Positions 59,638 to 64,000 of a stretch of 64,000 bases of DNA are shown here, one piece after another (the stretch's first letter is position 1; each line of letters starts with the position of its first letter). Location: assembly GCA_950097015.1 (NCBI GenBank), contig CATNEN010000010.1, positions 1,736,001 through 1,800,000 on the forward strand, given 5' to 3'. Source of the DNA: Macrostomum hystrix. Its lineage: Eukaryota > Animalia > Platyhelminthes. Under the pieces are notes generated by a model. That model saw only the letters and a list, made by a program, of their open reading frames with translations. It was not told the DNA's origin and searched no databases. Position numbers and translations under genes: made by a program.

Positions 59638-59942
59638 CTGCAAAAAAACGAAAATTAATCTTAGATAAATTATCGCCTTCTGTCATTTTGTACTTTTCTC
59701 GCGAATTTCCTAGGAAATGCGCCGACTGGCGACAAGGCTTCGATTTGAAGCAGCAGCTTCCTCCGAGAGAAGCCATTTAGCTGCATTTAACCACCATTTC
59801 GGCCACCTGAGCTCGCCTGACAGCAAACGCACCGTGTCTTCTAGCTGATGGAAATCGCAAATACTTGAAAGCAGGGGGAAGACATGGAAAATGGCCAAAT
59901 GTACTTTTAACTGTAGAAAGACCACGGAGGTACTAACGAATA

Positions 59943-60368
59943 CTAGTATTTTCTTTTTTCTGCTTCTCCTAAAGTATTCAACCAATCGCCATTGAAATCC
60001 TGAACACGGGCTAAAATTTTTCGCTCTATCCGACGAAACAACTTCCAGAATCTTAAAACATCGGCATCGTCCAGATATTCAACGGTTCTCGTCGGAGTGT
60101 CTTTTGGATTGATTAAATTTCTACAGAGCAATGTGACTTGTTCAAAAATCACACATCCATTTGGTGGACTTTCACGAAAATCGGTCATTGTTTCGGGAGC
60201 TATCGTGGAGTAGGCAGTGGGTATTTGAAAACTCCCTTGGTCTTCCCCCAGGGTGAAAATAGTGTGGTCTTTGTACTGTTTGCCGGGACAAAGTGAAAAA
60301 TGCAGCCTTGTGCGGGTCTCCAAAAGTTTTTGGCTTTCGGCCTGTTCTTCAATTTTCAACAACAAAAG
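59943..60368 (-). CDS. Unidentified 140-codon non-repetitive open frame with a TTTTCAG acceptor at 60369; probable exon
   Basis: Protein-like composition, in-frame acceptor, upstream GTAAGT donor at 60614; no recognisable family. Confidence 0.35.
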   Translation of the reverse strand, partial: LLLLKIEEQAESQKLLETRTRLHFSLCPGKQYKDHTIFTLGEDQGSFQIPTAYSTIAPETMTDFRESPPNGCVIFEQVTLLCRNLINPKDTPTRTVEYLDDADVLRFWKLFRRIERKILARVQDFNGDWLNTLGEAEKRKY

Positions 60369-60634
60369 CTGAAAACATTAGTCTAAAGACATTTTTTATA
60401 ATTAGACAGATGCCTGGATGGTTACCTGTCTGCCACCTGTGAGGGGCTGCGGAACGCCACACTTTTCCTGCCCGCATCGTTCTTAGACTCGCTAGTGTTC
60501 GGATGAGTAGACTGCTCACTTCTGGGAATGAACAAGGGCCGACAATTTTCCTATTAAGGCCATCTGAACCGAAAAAATTTCAATTCTGAATCAGCAGACC
60601 CTCGCTATACTTACCAGATGTACTTTTCTCAATA

Positions 60635-61428
60635 TTCCGAATTCCAGTTTCCCGAATTCCAGTTTCACGAATTCCAGTTTCCCGAATTCCAGTTTCCCGA
60701 ATTCCAGTTTCCCGAATTCCAGTTTCCCGAATTCCAGTTTCCCGAATTCCATTTTCCCGAATTCCAGTTTCCCGAATTCCAGTTTCCCGAATTCCAGTTT
60801 CCCGAATTCCAGTTTCCCGAATTCCTGTTTCTCGAATTCCAGTTTCACGAATTCCAGTTTCCCGAATTCCAGTTTCCCGAATTCCAGTTTCCCGAATTCC
60901 AGTTTCCCGAATTCCAGTTTCCCGAATTCCAGTTTCCCGAATTCCAGTTTCCCGAATTCCAGTTTCCCGAATTCCAATTTCCCGAATTCCAGTTTCCCGA
61001 ATTCCAGTTTCCCGAATTCCAGTTTCCCGAATTCCAGTTTCCCGAATTCCAGTTTCCCGAATTCCAGTTTCCCGAATTCCAGTTTCCCGAATTCCTGTTT
61101 CTCGAATTCCAGTTTCACGAATTCCAGTTTCCCGAATTCCAGTTTCCCGAATTCCAGTTTCCCGAATTCCAGTTTCCCGAATTCCAGTTTCCCGAATTCC
61201 AGTTTCCCGAATTCCAGTTTCCCGAATTCCAGTTTCCCGAATTCCAATTTCCCGAATTCCAGTTTCCCGAATTCCAGTTTCCCGAATTCCAGTTTCCCGA
61301 ATTCCAGTTTCCCGAATTCCAGTTTCCCGAATTCCATTTTCCCGAATTCCAGTTTCCCGAATTCCAGTTTCCCGAATTCCAGTTTCCCGAATTCCAGTTT
61401 CCCGAATTCCAGTTTCCCGAATTCCAGT
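60635..61428. repeat. 15-bp minisatellite (~53 copies)
   Basis: Unit ttcccgaattccagt; essentially stop-free, which explains the ETGIR, KLEFG, GNWNS and EFQFP ORFs. Confidence 0.97.
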
Positions 61429-64000
61429 CACATGATCTAGGAGAGTTTTGTATGCAGTGTGTCACATGATCTTGGAGAGTTGCGTATGCAGTGTGTCACA
61501 TGATCTTGGAGAGTTGTGTATGCAGTGTGTCACATGATCTTGGAGAGTTGTGTATGCAGTGTGTCACATGATCTTGGAGAGTTGTGTATGCAGTGTGTCA
61601 CATGATCTTGGAGAGTTGTGTATGCAGTGTGTCACATGATCAGTTGTGTATGCATTGTATCACATGATCAGTTGTGTATGCAGTGTGTCACATGATCAGT
61701 TGTGTATGCAGTGTGTCACATGATCAGTTGTGTACGCAGTGTGTCACATGATCAGTTGTGTACGCAGTGTGTCACATGATCAATTGTGTTTGCAGTGTGT
61801 CACATGATCAGTTGTGTACGCAGTGTGTCACATGATCAGTTGTGTACGCAGTGTGTCACATGATCAGTTGTGTACGCAGTGTGTCACATGATCAATTGTG
61901 TTTGCAGTGTGTCACATGATCAGTTGTGTTTGCAGTGTGTCACATGATCAGTTGTGTACGCATTTAGTCACATGATCAGTTGTGTACGCAGTGTGTCACA
62001 TGATCAGTTGTGTACGCAGTGTGTCACATGATCAATTGTGTTTGCAGTGTGTCCCATGATCAGTTGTGTTTGCAGTGTGTCACATGATCAGTTGTGTATG
62101 CAGTGTGTCACATGATCTTGGAGAGTTGTGTATGCAGTGTGTCACATGATCAGTTGTGTACGCAGTGTGTCACATGATCAGTTGTGCATGCAGTGTGTCA
62201 CATGATCAGTTGTGTATGCAGTGTGTCACATGATCAGTTGTGTATGCAGTGTGTCACATGATCAGTTGTGTACGCAGTGTGTCACATGATCAGGTGTGTA
62301 CGCAGTGTGTCACATGATCAGTTGTGTATGCAGTGTGTCACATGATCAGTTGTGTTTGCAGTGTGTCACATGATCAGTTGTGTATGCAGTGTGTCACATG
62401 ATCAGTTGTGTTTGCAGTGTGTCACATGATCAGTTGTGTACGCAGTGTGTCACATGATCAGTTGTGTACGCAGTGTGTCACATGATCAGTTGTGTACGCA
62501 GTGTGTCACATGATCAATTGTGTTTGCAGTGTGTCACATGATCAGTTGTGTACGCAGTGTGTCACATGATCAGTTGTGTACGCAGTGTGTCACATGATCA
62601 GTTGTGTACGCAGTGTGTCACATGATCAATTGTGTTTGCAGTGTGTCACATGATCAGTTGTGTTTGCAGTGTGTCACATGATCAGTTGTGTACGCATTTA
62701 GTCACATGATCAGTTGTGTACGCAGTGTGTCACATGATCAGTTGTGTACGCAGTGTGTCACATGATCAATTGTGTTTGCAGTGTGTCACATGATCAGTTG
62801 TGTTTGCAGTGTGTCACATGATCAGTTGTGTATGCAGTGTGTCACATGATCAGTTGTGTATGCAGTGTGTCACATGATCAGGTGTGTACGCAGTGTGTCA
62901 CATGATCAGTTGTGTATGCAGTGTGTCACATGATCAGTTGTGTATGCAGTGTGTCACATGATCAGTTGTGTATGCAGTGTGTCACATGATCAGGTGTGTT
63001 TGCAGTGTGTCACATGATCAGTTGTGTACGCAGTGTGTCACATGATCAGTTGTGTACGCATTTAGTCACATGATCAGTTGTGTACGCAGTGTGTCACATG
63101 ATCAGTTGTGTACGCAGTGTGTCACATGATCAGTTGTGTACGCAGTGTGTCACATGATCAGTTGTGTACGCATTTAGTCACATGATCAGTTGTGTACGCA
63201 GTGTGTCACATGATCAATTGTCTTTGCAGTGTGTCACATGATCAGGTGTGTACGCAGTGTGTCACATGATCAGTTGTGTACGCAGTGTGTCACATGATCA
63301 GTTGTGTACGCAGTGTGTCACATGATCAATTGTGTTTGCAGTGTGTCACATGATCAGTTGTGTTTGCAGTGTGTCACATGATCAGTTGTGTACGCATTTA
63401 GTCACATGATCAGTTGTGTACGCAGTGTGTCACATGATCAGTTGTGTACGCAGTGTGTCACATGATCAATTGTGTTTGCAGTGTGTCACATGATCAGTTG
63501 TGTTTGCAGTGTGTCACATGATCAGTTGTGTATGCAGTGTGTCACATGATCAGTTGTGTATGCAGTGTGTCACATGATCAGGTGTGTACGCAGTGTGTCA
63601 CATGATCAGTTGTGTATGCAGTGTGTCACATGATCAGTTGTGTATGCAGTGTGTCACATGATCAGTTGTGTATGCAGTGTGTCACATGATCAGGTGTGTT
63701 TGCAGTGTGTCACATGATCAGTTGTGTACGCAGTGTGTCACATGATCAGTTGTGTACGCATTTAGTCACATGATCAGTTGTGTACGCAGTGTGTCACATG
63801 ATCAGTTGTGTACGCAGTGTGTCACATGATCAGTTGTGTACGCAGTGTGTCACATGATCAGTTGTGTACGCATTTAGTCACATGATCAGTTGTGTACGCA
63901 GTGTGTCACATGATCAATTGTGTTTGCAGTGTGTCACATGATCAGGTGTGTACGCAGTGTGTCACATGATCAGTTGTGTACGCATTTAGTCACATGATCA
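61426..64000. repeat. 28-bp minisatellite (first ~6 units are 34 bp), runs off the window
   Basis: Unit gtgtgtcacatgatcagttgtgta(c/t)gca; early units carry an extra ttggag. Confidence 0.97.

Noticed and set aside
60635-61428. Array of heat-shock or STAT elements (TTCccGAA)
   Set aside because: Only two correctly phased pentamers per unit and non-GAS spacing; no evidence of function.
1-64000. Spliced-leader RNA, rRNA or snRNA genes
   Set aside because: No recognisable match seen by eye; an Infernal/Rfam scan would be needed to exclude them.

Overview
Eukaryotic (animal) genomic DNA. GC-rich, Ala/Gln-run exons, minisatellite-filled introns and spacers, and an anion-type nicotinic receptor all point to a free-living flatworm, most likely Macrostomum lignano (inference, not proven). 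Minus-strand genes: XPC (3' end runs off the window), HELLS/LSH, RAD51, QSOX, an ALDH16-like pseudo-enzyme, a Pro-Ala-type ACh receptor subunit, UBAC1, a two-CNB-domain protein (CNBD2/CRIS-like) and a ZNF474-like C2HC zinc-finger gene that the ORF track only partly shows. Plus strand: four tandem intronless thiopurine S-methyltransferase (TPMT)-like genes and a decayed fifth copy. Mobile DNA: an intact DD34D mariner with perfect 29-bp TIRs, a TA-flanked MITE and tRNA-derived SINEs. About ten unrelated minisatellite arrays make up roughly 20% of the window. Most interesting: (1) the four TPMT paralogs share a 332-bp core (SAM-binding region) that is about 99% identical while both ends are strongly diverged, with patchwork tract boundaries, which looks like gene-conversion mosaicism; (2) RAD51-HELLS-XPC form a co-oriented genome-maintenance cluster in which every gene, like most genes here, has a splice acceptor just upstream of its ATG, so it is a candidate SL trans-spliced operon. 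All exon coordinates were read by eye from GT-AG sites and frame continuity. No database searches were run.
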